From Oscillospiraceae bacterium (GTDB taxonomy: Bacteria > Bacillota > Clostridia > Oscillospirales > Oscillospiraceae): DNA of 64,000 nucleotides. The stretch lies in contig JAAWBF010000036.1 of assembly GCA_022792555.1 (NCBI GenBank), forward strand, positions 3,697 through 67,696, in the 5' to 3' direction. Made by a program: the position numbers and the translations under genes. This document shows, piece after piece, positions 26,485 through 35,751 of the stretch (position 1 is the first letter of the stretch; the number at the start of each line of letters is the position of its first letter). Under the pieces are notes generated by a model that ran no database searches, was not told where the DNA came from, and saw only the letters and a program-made list of their open reading frames with translations.

Positions 26485-29130
26485 CTATAGACCCAGCTTC
26501 ATGGACACAAAGTTGTCCACCATAGCCAGGGCGTTATCCAGCATTAAGAGGTCTTTTCCGCCGCCCATCGCGGAATCCGGCTTTCCGCCCCCGGATCCTC
26601 CCGCGATAGCGGAGACCTGCTTGATAACATCGCCAGCCTTGATCCCCCGTTTGACTGCCTCCTTGCCGCAGACGGCCAGGAAGGTGATCTTCCCGTCGTT
26701 CACCGTGGCCAGGACGCCCACTACATTGGCGTCTTTGTCCCGGAGTGTGTCGCCCATCTTGCGCAGCTTGTTGGTATCGGCCTCCGGCACAGTGGCAGTG
26801 AGGACCTTTAATCCGCCCACGTCATGGGCGCCGAAGAAGATACGGTCGGTCTCCCCAGCGGCCTCCTGGGATTTGAACCGCTCCACCATACTGCGCAGAC
26901 GCTTGAGCTCGGCCATGTTCTGCTCCAGCTTCTCCCGCAGCTCCTTGGGGTTGGTCTTCAAGGCAGCTGCAGCGGCAAAGATCATCTTTTTATTTTGGTT
27001 CATAATGGCCAGGGACCGCGCGCCGGTGGTGGCCTCAATCCGGCGGACGCCAGAGGCAACGGACCCCTCGCTCTCAATGTGGAATACTCCCGCTTTTGCG
27101 GTGTTGTCCAAATGGGTGCCACCGCAGAACTCCATGGAGAAATCGCCCATCTCCACCACACGGACCACATCGCCATATTTTTCACCGAACACAGCCACCG
27201 CGCCCTTTTTCTTGGCCTCCTCCAGGGGGAGAACCTCGGTGACAACGGGAATACCGCCCAGAATCACACCATTGACCAGGCTTTCTACTGCGGCGAGCTG
27301 TTCTGGGGTGACGGCCTCAAAGTGGGTGAAGTCGAAGCGCAGGCGGTCGGGCTCCACCAGAGAACCGGCCTGCTGGACATGATCGCCCAGCACCTTTTTC
27401 AATGCCGCGTCCAGCAGGTGGGTAGCGCTGTGAGCCCGCATAACAGCCTTCCGGCGCTCCAGGTCGATGGACGCTGTCACTGTCTCCTCTACTTTGAGGG
27501 AGCCGGACTCCATAACGCCGTAGTGCATATACTTCCCGCCCTTGTTCTTCTGCACATCCCGGACGGTAAAGCGGGCGGTTTCTGTCTCCAGAACACCGTG
27601 ATCGGCCACCTGACCGCCCATCTCGGCATAGAAGGGGGTCTGATCCAGCACGACGATGGCCTCTGCGCCGGTGCCAACCTCCTCCCGCAGCTCCTCTTCG
27701 GCCACTAGGGCGAGAATCTTTCCCTGGGCCTGGGTCTGGTCATAGCCCACAAAGACGGTCTCCGGCATCTCCTTGCCAAACTCAATCCCGGCCCAGCCCA
27801 GATCGCCCAGGGCCTCTCTGGCTTTTCTGGCCCGCTCCTTCTGGGCCTGCATCAGAGCGTCAAAGGCGTCCTTGTCCACCGTCATACCGGCCTCTTCTAC
27901 CATCTCAATGGTCAAATCAATGGGGAAGCCGTAGGTGTCGTAGAGCTTAAAGGCGTCCGCGCCAGAGAAGACGGTCTCGTTCCGGCTCTTATGTCCAGAT
28001 AGCATCTCGTCAAAGATCTTCATGCCGCCGTCAATGGTGCGGGCGAAGTTCTCCTCCTCCACCCGGATAATTTTGGTGATATAGCCCTGGCGCTCCCGCA
28101 GCTCAGGATAGGCGCTCTCATTCTCGTGGATTACCGTCTCGCAGACCTCATAAAGGAAAGGGTCGTTGACCCCCAGGAGCTTCCCGTGCCGGGCAGCCCG
28201 GCGGAGCAGGCGGCGCAGGACATAGCCCCGGCCCTCGTTAGAGGGGAGAACGCCGTCGCAGATCATCATAGTAGCCGAGCGGATGTGATCGGTGATGATC
28301 CGCAGAGAGACATCTGACTTATGACTCTCTCCATAGTGGGCGCCGGTGATATCCGAGACCTTGTTTGTAATATTCATGACGGTATCGACATCAAAGAGGG
28401 AATCCACCCCCTGGCACACGCAGGCCAGACGCTCCAGTCCCATGCCGGTATCAATGTTTTTCTGGGCCAGATCGGTGTAGTGACCCTCACCGTCGTTGTT
28501 GAACTGGGAGAACACATTGTTCCAGACCTCGATATACCGGTCGCACTCACAGCCGACTGTACAGCCCGGCTTGCCGCAGCCGAACTCCGGGCCGCGGTCG
28601 TAGTAGACCTCGGAACAGGGGCCGCAGGGACCGCTGCCGTGCTCCCAGAAGTTATCCTCCTTGCCAAACCGGAAGATACGATCCGCCGGGATGCCGACGT
28701 CATTTTGCCAGATGGCGAAAGCCTCGTCGTCGTCCTGATAGATGGAGGGGTAGAGTCGGTTGGGATCCAGACCAACCCAGTCCGGGGAGGTCAAAAACTC
28801 CCAGCACCAGGCAATGGCCTCCTTTTTGAAGTAGTCACCAAAGGAGAAGTTGCCCAGCATCTCAAAATAGGTGCCGTGGCGGGCCGTATGGCCGATATTC
28901 TCAATATCGCCGGTACGGATGCACTTTTGACAGGTACACACCCGGCGGCGGGGGGGCTCCTTCTCCCCGGTGAAGAAGGGCTTCATAGGGGCCATGCCAG
29001 AGTTGATAAGCAGTAGGGAAGCGTCATCCTTGGGGATGAGGGAGAAGCTGGGCAGGCGTAGGTGGCCTTTTTGCTCAAAGAAGCTGAGGAACATCTCCCG
29101 CAGCTCGTTTAAGCCGTATGGTTTGTTCAT
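26485..29130 (-). CDS. alaS: Alanine--tRNA ligase
   Basis: LNELREMFLSFFEQKGH start, class II core, editing-domain HSATHLL, C-terminal GGGK(PD). ATG 29130 follows GGAGG, so the ORF-track start at 29241 runs into the leader. Confidence 0.95.
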   Translation of the reverse strand: MNKPYGLNELREMFLSFFEQKGHLRLPSFSLIPKDDASLLLINSGMAPMKPFFTGEKEPPRRRVCTCQKCIRTGDIENIGHTARHGTYFEMLGNFSFGDYFKKEAIAWCWEFLTSPDWVGLDPNRLYPSIYQDDDEAFAIWQNDVGIPADRIFRFGKEDNFWEHGSGPCGPCSEVYYDRGPEFGCGKPGCTVGCECDRYIEVWNNVFSQFNNDGEGHYTDLAQKNIDTGMGLERLACVCQGVDSLFDVDTVMNITNKVSDITGAHYGESHKSDVSLRIITDHIRSATMMICDGVLPSNEGRGYVLRRLLRRAARHGKLLGVNDPFLYEVCETVIHENESAYPELRERQGYITKIIRVEEENFARTIDGGMKIFDEMLSGHKSRNETVFSGADAFKLYDTYGFPIDLTIEMVEEAGMTVDKDAFDALMQAQKERARKAREALGDLGWAGIEFGKEMPETVFVGYDQTQAQGKILALVAEEELREEVGTGAEAIVVLDQTPFYAEMGGQVADHGVLETETARFTVRDVQKNKGGKYMHYGVMESGSLKVEETVTASIDLERRKAVMRAHSATHLLDAALKKVLGDHVQQAGSLVEPDRLRFDFTHFEAVTPEQLAAVESLVNGVILGGIPVVTEVLPLEEAKKKGAVAVFGEKYGDVVRVVEMGDFSMEFCGGTHLDNTAKAGVFHIESEGSVASGVRRIEATTGARSLAIMNQNKKMIFAAAAALKTNPKELREKLEQNMAELKRLRSMVERFKSQEAAGETDRIFFGAHDVGGLKVLTATVPEADTNKLRKMGDTLRDKDANVVGVLATVNDGKITFLAVCGKEAVKRGIKAGDVIKQVSAIAGGSGGGKPDSAMGGGKDLLMLDNALAMVDNFVSMKLGL

Positions 29131-29154
29131 GGGAATTACCTCCGTTGTTCTGGG

Positions 29155-29392
29155 GCAGAAAAAATGCTCCGCCCCTGATTGACAGGGGCGAAGCATATCA
29201 CTCCGCGGTACCACCCTGATTGACGGCAGAAACTGCCGCATCTCATTGCATCCTTAACGGGGATGAGGCGGCCTGTTCCTCACAGGCGGCTCAGAAGTGG
29301 CTGCCGCGCCCGCTGGCCGGGGGACTCGCACCGTCTCCCCCTCGCTTCGGGCCGCAAAAAGCGCGGCTTGCTTCGTCAATGCCCTTTTATCT
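29155..29392 (-). promoter_or_regulatory. T-box leader (alanine specifier candidate) controlling alaS
   Basis: On the minus strand: T-box core AATCAGGGTGGTACCGCG (29221-29204). Terminator stem 29194-29166 followed by A+TTTTTT (29165-29159). Stem I elements AGCGA and GGTGCGAG. Candidate GCC specifier at 29290-29288. Confidence 0.85.
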
Positions 29393-29397
29393 CCGTT

Positions 29398-29425
29398 ATT
29401 GTATCATAAATTTCTCCCTTGTCAA
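29398..29425 (-). promoter_or_regulatory. SigmaA-type promoter of the alaS T-box leader
   Basis: Minus strand: TTGACA (29425-29420), 16-nt spacer, TACAAT (29403-29398). Confidence 0.7.
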
Positions 29426-29513
29426 CGCCTGAAATGCAAGGATTTTGGTGGAAAACGGTTCTTTTTTTGTGGAAGGTATGCAGGGTGTGCGGCCGGTCGA
29501 AACCCATATACAG

Positions 29514-30455
29514 TTAGTGGCGGGGGATCTTGGACTCCAGCCATGCCAGGGTATCGGCGTAGACCTCCGAGCGGTTGATCTCGTTGAGCATCTCATGGCG
29601 GCCTCCTGGATAGAGCTTGAGGGTGAGATCCTTCACACCGGCGGCCTGAAAGAGTTTGACCACCTTCTTGACCCCTGTACCATTGCCCCCAACTGGGTCC
29701 TGGTCGCCCGAAAAGAAGTAGATAGGGGTCTCCGGATCCATCCGGCGCAGATGCTCCGGCCTGGCGATAAATTCTAATCCGCCCAGCATATCTCTGGTCA
29801 TGCCAACAGTTGGAACAAAGCGGCAGAGAGGGTCCGCAGCATAGGAGTCCACAACCGCTGTGTCCCTGGAAATCCAGTCCACCTCCGTCCGGTTGGGCTT
29901 GAACTGCCGGTTATAGGGACCGAGGGAGAGGGCTGTCACAAGGTCGCTGTGGGAATTAGGGCCTTTCACCCTGGACAGCAGGGCGGTGATCCCTTTGCCC
30001 ATGGCGATGAGGGCGGCAGACTCCTGTCCGGTGCCGGACAGAATACAGCCAGAGAGAGTCCCAGGCCAACGGATGAGGTAGGTGCGGGCCACAAAGGACC
30101 CCATCGAATGGCCCAGCATAAAATAGGGCAGGCCGGGGAATCGGGCGGCTGTCTTCATCCGCAGCGCATAGACATCCTCGGCCAGGTGCTTCCAGCCATC
30201 TTTTGGGGCCAAAAAGCCGTACTCCTTCGAGCTGCGGGCCGTTTTTCCGTGGCCCAAGTGGTCATTACCCACCACAACGAAGCCATGTTCCATCAAATAG
30301 GCGGCAAAGTGTGTGTAGCGGAGCATATATTCTGAGATCCCGTGGACAAGCTGCACCACACCCCGCGGATGCTCAACCTCTGGCATCCATTCCACCGCGT
30401 GGACTTGATGTACCCCGTCACTAGAGGGATAGGTAAATTCCTGGATTGCTGCCAT
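29514..30455 (-). CDS. Alpha/beta hydrolase (lysophospholipase/monoacylglycerol lipase-like)
   Basis: GHSMG nucleophile elbow, HG oxyanion motif (LVHGISE), C-terminal GGRHE. Confidence 0.85.
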   Translation of the reverse strand: MAAIQEFTYPSSDGVHQVHAVEWMPEVEHPRGVVQLVHGISEYMLRYTHFAAYLMEHGFVVVGNDHLGHGKTARSSKEYGFLAPKDGWKHLAEDVYALRMKTAARFPGLPYFMLGHSMGSFVARTYLIRWPGTLSGCILSGTGQESAALIAMGKGITALLSRVKGPNSHSDLVTALSLGPYNRQFKPNRTEVDWISRDTAVVDSYAADPLCRFVPTVGMTRDMLGGLEFIARPEHLRRMDPETPIYFFSGDQDPVGGNGTGVKKVVKLFQAAGVKDLTLKLYPGGRHEMLNEINRSEVYADTLAWLESKIPRH

Positions 30456-30676
30456 GGAAAAGCACTCCCTTCAAGGCCCTTTGCGGCGGTTATATCCAGC
30501 CCGTGGACCACGCCGCCCCTGCTTAACCATTTATTCTATCATTTTGTCTCAACCGGCGCAAGACAAATAGACAAGAAGTAAGTTCCAGGAATATAATTCC
30601 AGAAAATTTCTGTGAGTGCTGCGAGAGGCGGCAGCGAAAAAGGATCGCTGCCGCCTAGCCGTTTGTGAGACTAGAT

Positions 30677-31249
30677 TTAATGCTGACAGCTCTCCTCGAA
30701 GAGCTTCTGCCAAGTAAACCAGGGGGATTGGGCATAGGTAACAAAGATGGTATAGAGGCGGCTGAGAGTATCCCAGTCGGCTTTCTCCATGATACCGGTC
30801 TCCGGGCGGCCATCCAGGCGCTGGATCCAACGGACATTGTCAATAGAGATGCCGGTGTAAGTACCGTCAATGGGTGAATCTACAATACCCTCTAAAATAG
30901 AGGACAATCCTTTAAACATGGATTGGACTAGGAAGACATGGACGTTGTCATCTCCCGGTGTGATCGTAAAGTAACGAGATGGATAACCGGTACAAGAGAT
31001 TGGCTGGTTGAGCTGGGTCAAGGCGCACTGATAGGCGGCTACAATGGCGTTCCAAGTTGTGATATTGACTCGTCCGGTAACAGGCGGGGAGAACTCCCGC
31101 TGAAAGATCATCACAGCTTCCAGGGTCTGCTCGCCAAAGATCCCATCCGGAATGATTCTAGGGATCACGGGATGCCTGAATGAGATGGTGCGGAGCATGG
31201 TCTGGAGGCTGAGGACCGGGTTGCCCAAATAACGAATTGGTGTGGGCAT
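30677..31249 (-). CDS. Peptidoglycan-binding (PG_binding_1 repeat) protein
   Basis: PDGIFGEQTLEAVMIFQREF..TGRVNITTWNAI and a second, degenerate PG-binding repeat. TGATG overlap with the upstream gene. Confidence 0.7.
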   Translation of the reverse strand: MPTPIRYLGNPVLSLQTMLRTISFRHPVIPRIIPDGIFGEQTLEAVMIFQREFSPPVTGRVNITTWNAIVAAYQCALTQLNQPISCTGYPSRYFTITPGDDNVHVFLVQSMFKGLSSILEGIVDSPIDGTYTGISIDNVRWIQRLDGRPETGIMEKADWDTLSRLYTIFVTYAQSPWFTWQKLFEESCQH

Positions 31250-32454
31250 CAGTTGTTTCCCCCTCTCTGGTCGGTATCACCTAGGGTGAGCTGCATACCA
31301 GGGAATTGGGTCATGCTGGTGTCCGGGCCGGTGTCAGGCCGCAGAGCCTCTGGAATGAGATTTGTATATTGCGCGACCGTGTTGGTAATGCCGGCATAGA
31401 GACGGTAGAGCGCCTCCCAAGTATCTTTATCCACCGCACCGGTCTGTGGCAGGCCGGACATCTGCTGGAGTGCAAGAACCGCCTGAGTCGTGCCGCTGCC
31501 GTAGATGCCGTCGATCTGAACATCGGGAATGTTGCTGTTAAACTCTCCGACAACGGATAGCATATATTGCAGCAGGCGCACCCCCTCCAGCCGATCTCCC
31601 TCCTGCAAGCGTTCAGGGGCCTGGAAGTTCACAGCATAAAAGGTCTGACCCTCGCTGACAAGCTCGGACAACTTCAATACTCCCCCATGGATAAAAACCA
31701 GTTTATACCATGTTGCATTGCCTACAATTCCGTCTGGTGTCAAATTAAAAATTTTTTGGAACTGAATCACCGCCTGTTCGGTATCCTCGTCAAAAACGCC
31801 GCTGACAGGGGTTGGAATCTTAGGAATAGCAGGGTAATCTCTAGAAATCCGGTTGAGCATAGCTTGGATAAGGACGACATTTTCACCCAATGTCCCGCGG
31901 AAAAGCGGATATCCCGGATAAGAGGTTTGAATCCCGGTCACAGGTGTATTCACCACCAGTTCGATGTTATCGCCATAGTAGTGGCGTAAGATACTCATAG
32001 AGTCCAAGCCCTGCTGGGCAAGCTCCTGACTGCCCCATTGGGAGAGACCATCGCAGGTTGTGGTGGTGCCATTGCAGAATTTGGCGGCCAACGGTTCTAC
32101 AAAGCCTTTCTGCCGGATATAGGAGTTAAAAATCTCATCCACGATCTGGCTGATGTTCTCAAAGATGTTGCGGCCATGGATGTATTTCTGGTCGTAGGCG
32201 GTGCTGGAGGTAATTTGAAAGGGATAACCGCGGCTTGGGTAATACTCGGTATACACTCGATTCAGGGCGAATGAGATGATAGCCAGGATATTGGCCCGGA
32301 TGGCGGAGGGCTCCCAGGTGGGATAGATCTCACTGGAGGCCACGTTTTTTATGTAGTCTGGAAAGGAGACTGTGACATTTTCTGCTGGTTCTGAGGGAGC
32401 GCCTAGATGAACGGTGATCTGCTGTGGAACATAGGGGAGGACAGGAGTGGGCAT
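31249..32454 (-). CDS. SpoIID/LytB-like domain protein with two C-terminal PG_binding_1 repeats
   Basis: N-terminal region resembles SpoIID (YIKNVASSEIYPTWEPSAIRANILAIISFALNRV, CDGLSQWGSQELAQQG, ILRHYYG). Then PDGIVGNATW and IDGIYGSGTTQAVLALQ PG-binding repeats. Confidence 0.65.
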   Translation of the reverse strand: MPTPVLPYVPQQITVHLGAPSEPAENVTVSFPDYIKNVASSEIYPTWEPSAIRANILAIISFALNRVYTEYYPSRGYPFQITSSTAYDQKYIHGRNIFENISQIVDEIFNSYIRQKGFVEPLAAKFCNGTTTTCDGLSQWGSQELAQQGLDSMSILRHYYGDNIELVVNTPVTGIQTSYPGYPLFRGTLGENVVLIQAMLNRISRDYPAIPKIPTPVSGVFDEDTEQAVIQFQKIFNLTPDGIVGNATWYKLVFIHGGVLKLSELVSEGQTFYAVNFQAPERLQEGDRLEGVRLLQYMLSVVGEFNSNIPDVQIDGIYGSGTTQAVLALQQMSGLPQTGAVDKDTWEALYRLYAGITNTVAQYTNLIPEALRPDTGPDTSMTQFPGMQLTLGDTDQRGGNN

Positions 32455-32469
32455 TTGGAGACCTCCTTT

Positions 32470-32856
32470 CTATAGATCCTGTGGGGCAATTTGAAAGGAA
32501 TTGCTCCAGGTACAGGAGGGGCTCTGCTCCGGCAGCGGGACGAGCATAATATCCTGTACTGTGGTTGTGCCAGGGAAGATCTGTACATCCTCTACCAGCA
32601 AAGTCTCGAAGCCAGGCGCTTGAATCCAGATGTCGCACTGGGCGAAGGGCTGCCTATCACCTGGCGTCTCTCCGACGCCCTGCGCCGGAGTTTCAACCGT
32701 GATAGGTTCAGTCTTCCCGCTCTGATCCGTGATACGTACACCAAGTAGACGATGCTTTCCTCCAGGTATCTTTTGGGTGAAGGCAACCGTGGCATTGGGG
32801 AGTGGAAGTTGTGCCTGTGAAGTATAGATACGGGTAATAATAGTACCTGATGCCAA
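32470..32856 (-). CDS. Carboxypeptidase-regulatory-like (CarboxypepD_reg) domain protein
   Basis: GTIITRIYTS....PLPNATVAF and GFETLLVEDVQIFPG beta-sandwich pattern. TTG start 8 nt after AAAGGAGG. Confidence 0.55.
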   Translation of the reverse strand: MASGTIITRIYTSQAQLPLPNATVAFTQKIPGGKHRLLGVRITDQSGKTEPITVETPAQGVGETPGDRQPFAQCDIWIQAPGFETLLVEDVQIFPGTTTVQDIMLVPLPEQSPSCTWSNSFQIAPQDL

Positions 32857-32878
32857 TTGACATTCCTCCTTTTCATTT

Positions 32879-32906
32879 TATTGTATGTAATGGAGAAGTT
32901 CAGTGT
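32879..32906 (-). promoter_or_regulatory. SigmaE/sigmaK-like promoter candidate for the three-gene cell-wall operon
   Basis: Minus strand: AC (32906-32905), 17-nt spacer, CATACAATA (32887-32879), about 20 nt upstream of the RBS. Confidence 0.4.
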
Positions 32907-32955
32907 TCCAATGGATAGGCCAATGGGATTTCCAGGCTTATCCGGCGGCAAAAAG

Positions 32956-32984
32956 TTGACAGGCGGTGGTATTTGCGTTAAACT
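32956..32984 (+). promoter_or_regulatory. SigmaA-type promoter for rex
   Basis: TTGACA (32956-32961), 17-nt spacer, TAAACT (32979-32984). Confidence 0.6.
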
Positions 32985-33082
32985 GGACGAAATATTTTGT
33001 ACTGTGTACCGCTCTGTCTGGTAGGGAGAGAAAACAGAGCTTCTGGATACAAAAGTATGTCAAAGACGGACGTGATAGAGCA

Positions 33083-33712
33083 ATGAGAAAAGAAAAAGTG
33101 TCTAACGCAGTCATTCGACGTCTGCCCCGCTATTACCGCCATTTGAGCGATCTTCAGCAGGCAGGCACTGTTCGCATCTCCTCAAGTGCGTTGGGGAAGT
33201 CTATGGGGCTGACAGCCTCGCAAATCCGGCAGGATCTCTCCTGCTTTGGGGAATTTGGACAGCAGGGCTATGGCTACAACGTAGAAAATCTCCAGCGGGA
33301 GATCACAGACATTTTGGGCATGAACCAAAAGCATACTGCTATTATTTTAGGGGCGGGCAATCTGGGCCGGGCTTTGATGGAGAATTTTCACTTTGGCCAC
33401 AGCGGCTTTCAGCTCACCGCTGCATTTGATGTGAGTCCTCAGATAATTGGGCAGGAGCTGTCCGGCGTCCAAGTCTATTCCGTAGATCAATTGGAGGCTT
33501 ATCTAGCGCATCATCCCACAAGTGTGGCGGTGCTGACTGTACCTCAGACAGCAGCAGCAGCCATGGCGGATCGTCTGGCGGCCTCTGGAATCAAGGGGAT
33601 TTGGAATTTTACCAATACAGAGCTCCATGTGAGTGAGCAGATTATGGTAGAGAATGTCCACTTTGCCGACAGCCTTTTAACCTTGAGCTACATGATTTCG
33701 GAGGAACTATGA
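33083..33712 (+). CDS. rex: Redox-sensing transcriptional repressor Rex
   Basis: RRLPRYYRHL wHTH and the GAGNLGRAL Rossmann motif. ATG 33083; the ORF-track start at 32966 is an extension. Confidence 0.92.
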   Translation: MRKEKVSNAVIRRLPRYYRHLSDLQQAGTVRISSSALGKSMGLTASQIRQDLSCFGEFGQQGYGYNVENLQREITDILGMNQKHTAIILGAGNLGRALMENFHFGHSGFQLTAAFDVSPQIIGQELSGVQVYSVDQLEAYLAHHPTSVAVLTVPQTAAAAMADRLAASGIKGIWNFTNTELHVSEQIMVENVHFADSLLTLSYMISEEL

Positions 33713-34851
33713 GACGGGGAGCTGCACTGATTTTGACCGCTATGCTGTTGACCAGCTGCGTTGCTGCACTGGCAGCTGGGGGGAGCGAACTGATCTCCCT
33801 GTCCTATCTAAATCACACATATCTGCCCGATATGGTCAACAAGGCTGGGGCCAGCATCCAGACGGCAACGCAGAAGACTTATCAACAGGTCTACGAGAGC
33901 CTGAAGGCCAGCCAAGAGCAGTATCTATTTCAGGCTATCGGAGGGCTGTCTGGGCCCGCTGGCCTGTTGGATCAACGGGTTAAACAGGGAGATATGATTA
34001 TATTGCCCACCGGCTCGACCGCCTTACTGCTGGCCGGGCGTGGAACGGCGGCCTATACCGGCAGTGGTGTGATCGATCTGACCACCGGTCAGACCGTCCC
34101 CAACGGTGGGGCGCTGGTGGAGTACCACCGTTACTTAGCGGCAGAGCAAACAAATGCCCAGATCACCATTACATCCGATACGGCAGTGGTCAGCCTGGAG
34201 GGGGAGGGGAGTATCACACCCAGCGGCGAGACAGACTACAACGCCCTGGCTGCGGCCCTGAATACCCTGAATATCTTCCGAGGGACCGGAACCGGCTATG
34301 GCTCCGGCTACGATTTGGAGCGGATTCCCACTCGAATTGAGGGATTAGTTCTTTTTCTGCGCCTGTTGGGAGAGGAGAAAGCTGCCTTAGCTTGCACCAG
34401 TCCAAATCCGTTCTCCGATGTACCAGACTGGGCGAAACCCTATGTAGCCTACGCCTACGACAAGGGGTATACCAAGGGGATTGGACCCAGCCTGACCACC
34501 GGACAGCCCCTCTTTGGGACGGATATCCCTATGGAGGCAGGGGAGTACCTCACCTTTGTTCTGCGGGTTCTCGGCTATCAGGACAGCGGTTCCACCCCTG
34601 ATTTTACCTGGGAAAATGCCTTAGAGACCGGACGGAATATGGGGGTTCTCACAACGGGGGAGTTTGCCCTTCTATCCAGCAAGCCTTTCCTCCGGGCACA
34701 GATGGCCTATGTATCCTACTACGCTCTGGATGCCTACCGGAAGGACAACCGCGGGACACTTCTGGACCAGCTCTCTGCTGCTGGGGCCATCAACGCCGAT
34801 CAGGCGGCCCAGGTACGCGGGCAGGTGACGGTAAAGCGGATTAGTGAATAA
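33709..34851 (+). CDS. Secreted/lipoprotein-like protein with C-terminal SLH-like repeats
   Basis: Signal peptide with LTSC lipobox-like site. FSDVPDWAKPYVAYAYDKGYTKG resembles the SLH motif. ATGA overlap with rex. Confidence 0.6.
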   Translation: MRRGAALILTAMLLTSCVAALAAGGSELISLSYLNHTYLPDMVNKAGASIQTATQKTYQQVYESLKASQEQYLFQAIGGLSGPAGLLDQRVKQGDMIILPTGSTALLLAGRGTAAYTGSGVIDLTTGQTVPNGGALVEYHRYLAAEQTNAQITITSDTAVVSLEGEGSITPSGETDYNALAAALNTLNIFRGTGTGYGSGYDLERIPTRIEGLVLFLRLLGEEKAALACTSPNPFSDVPDWAKPYVAYAYDKGYTKGIGPSLTTGQPLFGTDIPMEAGEYLTFVLRVLGYQDSGSTPDFTWENALETGRNMGVLTTGEFALLSSKPFLRAQMAYVSYYALDAYRKDNRGTLLDQLSAAGAINADQAAQVRGQVTVKRISE

Positions 34852-34858
34852 GAACAAG

Positions 34859-34906
34859 AAAGAGCTTCAAACCTACACTCATAGATGTAGATTTGAAGCT
34901 CTTTTT
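34859..34906. terminator. Bidirectional terminator between convergent genes
   Basis: AAAGAGCTTCAAA / TTTGAAGCTCTTT stem, with T-runs usable on both strands. Confidence 0.8.
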
Positions 34907-34932
34907 ACGTTATCTTCAAGTAAACCATTCGT

Positions 34933-35751
34933 TTACTTTCTTGCCCTGCGGCGGGGCCTGTGACGGCTGATAGAGGCCCGCACGTCAGAGAGAGGCTTAG
35001 ACCAGTGTTTTGAGGACATATGGGTATAGTTGTCCAAAAAACGGCGGGTACGGCGCTCTGCGGTGGAGAGGAGAAGATCGTACTTGTGCTTGAGCGAGCC
35101 AGCGGCTTCGTCCAAACTGTCCGGCACATTCTCCAGCTTGGCCTCCAGCTGGCTCTTGCCCAGCGCTACTTGAATCCGCAGCTCATCTCCTGCCTGGTTA
35201 AGACGGCGCAGAACGCCGGACATCAAGGCCAGGTCACGGATGGTAAAGCCCGCATCCACCAACAGGATGGCACACAGCACGGCGGCTAGTACCTGCCGGA
35301 CCAACAGTGGTACCAATAACACAAGGCCGGAGACCAAAGGATGCAGCCAGAAAATGACCAGGTAGGCTAACAGCCCCCACATCAGGCAGACCCAGAGACA
35401 AATACGTCCATGGAGATTAAACCGAAACATACTGTAGTCCCAGTATTTGATGTGGGTTGTCGTCTCCAAAAACCAGCCCACGAAATACTCCCAGGCGGAC
35501 ATACAGAGGGTAGCCATTCCGTAAAAAATCAGCGGATTGCTCTGGAAGGGGGCAAAACAGCAGATCATCATCAGCACCCCTACGCCGTAGATAGGGCATA
35601 CCGGCCCGTAGAGAAAGCCGCGGATCATAAAGCGCCGCTCGGTGAGGGAACAGTAGCAGGTTTCCATAATCCAGCCCAGACAGGAGTAGATCAGGAAGTA
35701 GAGGGCCAGTAAGTGTAGAGGAAATCCGAAAAAAACAGGCTCATAACTCAT
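34933..35751 (-). CDS. DUF1113 (putative ABC-transporter type IV / CmpB-like) membrane protein
   Basis: YSCLGWIMETCYCSL..R.....GFLYGPVCPIYGVG is the characteristic N-terminal motif. Multiple TM segments. Confidence 0.7.
   Translation of the reverse strand: MSYEPVFFGFPLHLLALYFLIYSCLGWIMETCYCSLTERRFMIRGFLYGPVCPIYGVGVLMMICCFAPFQSNPLIFYGMATLCMSAWEYFVGWFLETTTHIKYWDYSMFRFNLHGRICLWVCLMWGLLAYLVIFWLHPLVSGLVLLVPLLVRQVLAAVLCAILLVDAGFTIRDLALMSGVLRRLNQAGDELRIQVALGKSQLEAKLENVPDSLDEAAGSLKHKYDLLLSTAERRTRRFLDNYTHMSSKHWSKPLSDVRASISRHRPRRRARK

Noticed and set aside
26471-27708. Two plus-strand ORFs of about 300 aa (26471-27382, 26824-27708).
   Set aside because: Both lie antisense within alaS. Ser/Pro/Ala/Gly-rich translations with no RBS.
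32985-33082. Searched for a Rex operator (TTGTGAA-N6-TTCACAA-like) for rex autoregulation.
   Set aside because: Only weak partial matches (TTTGTACTGTGTAC). Not convincing.
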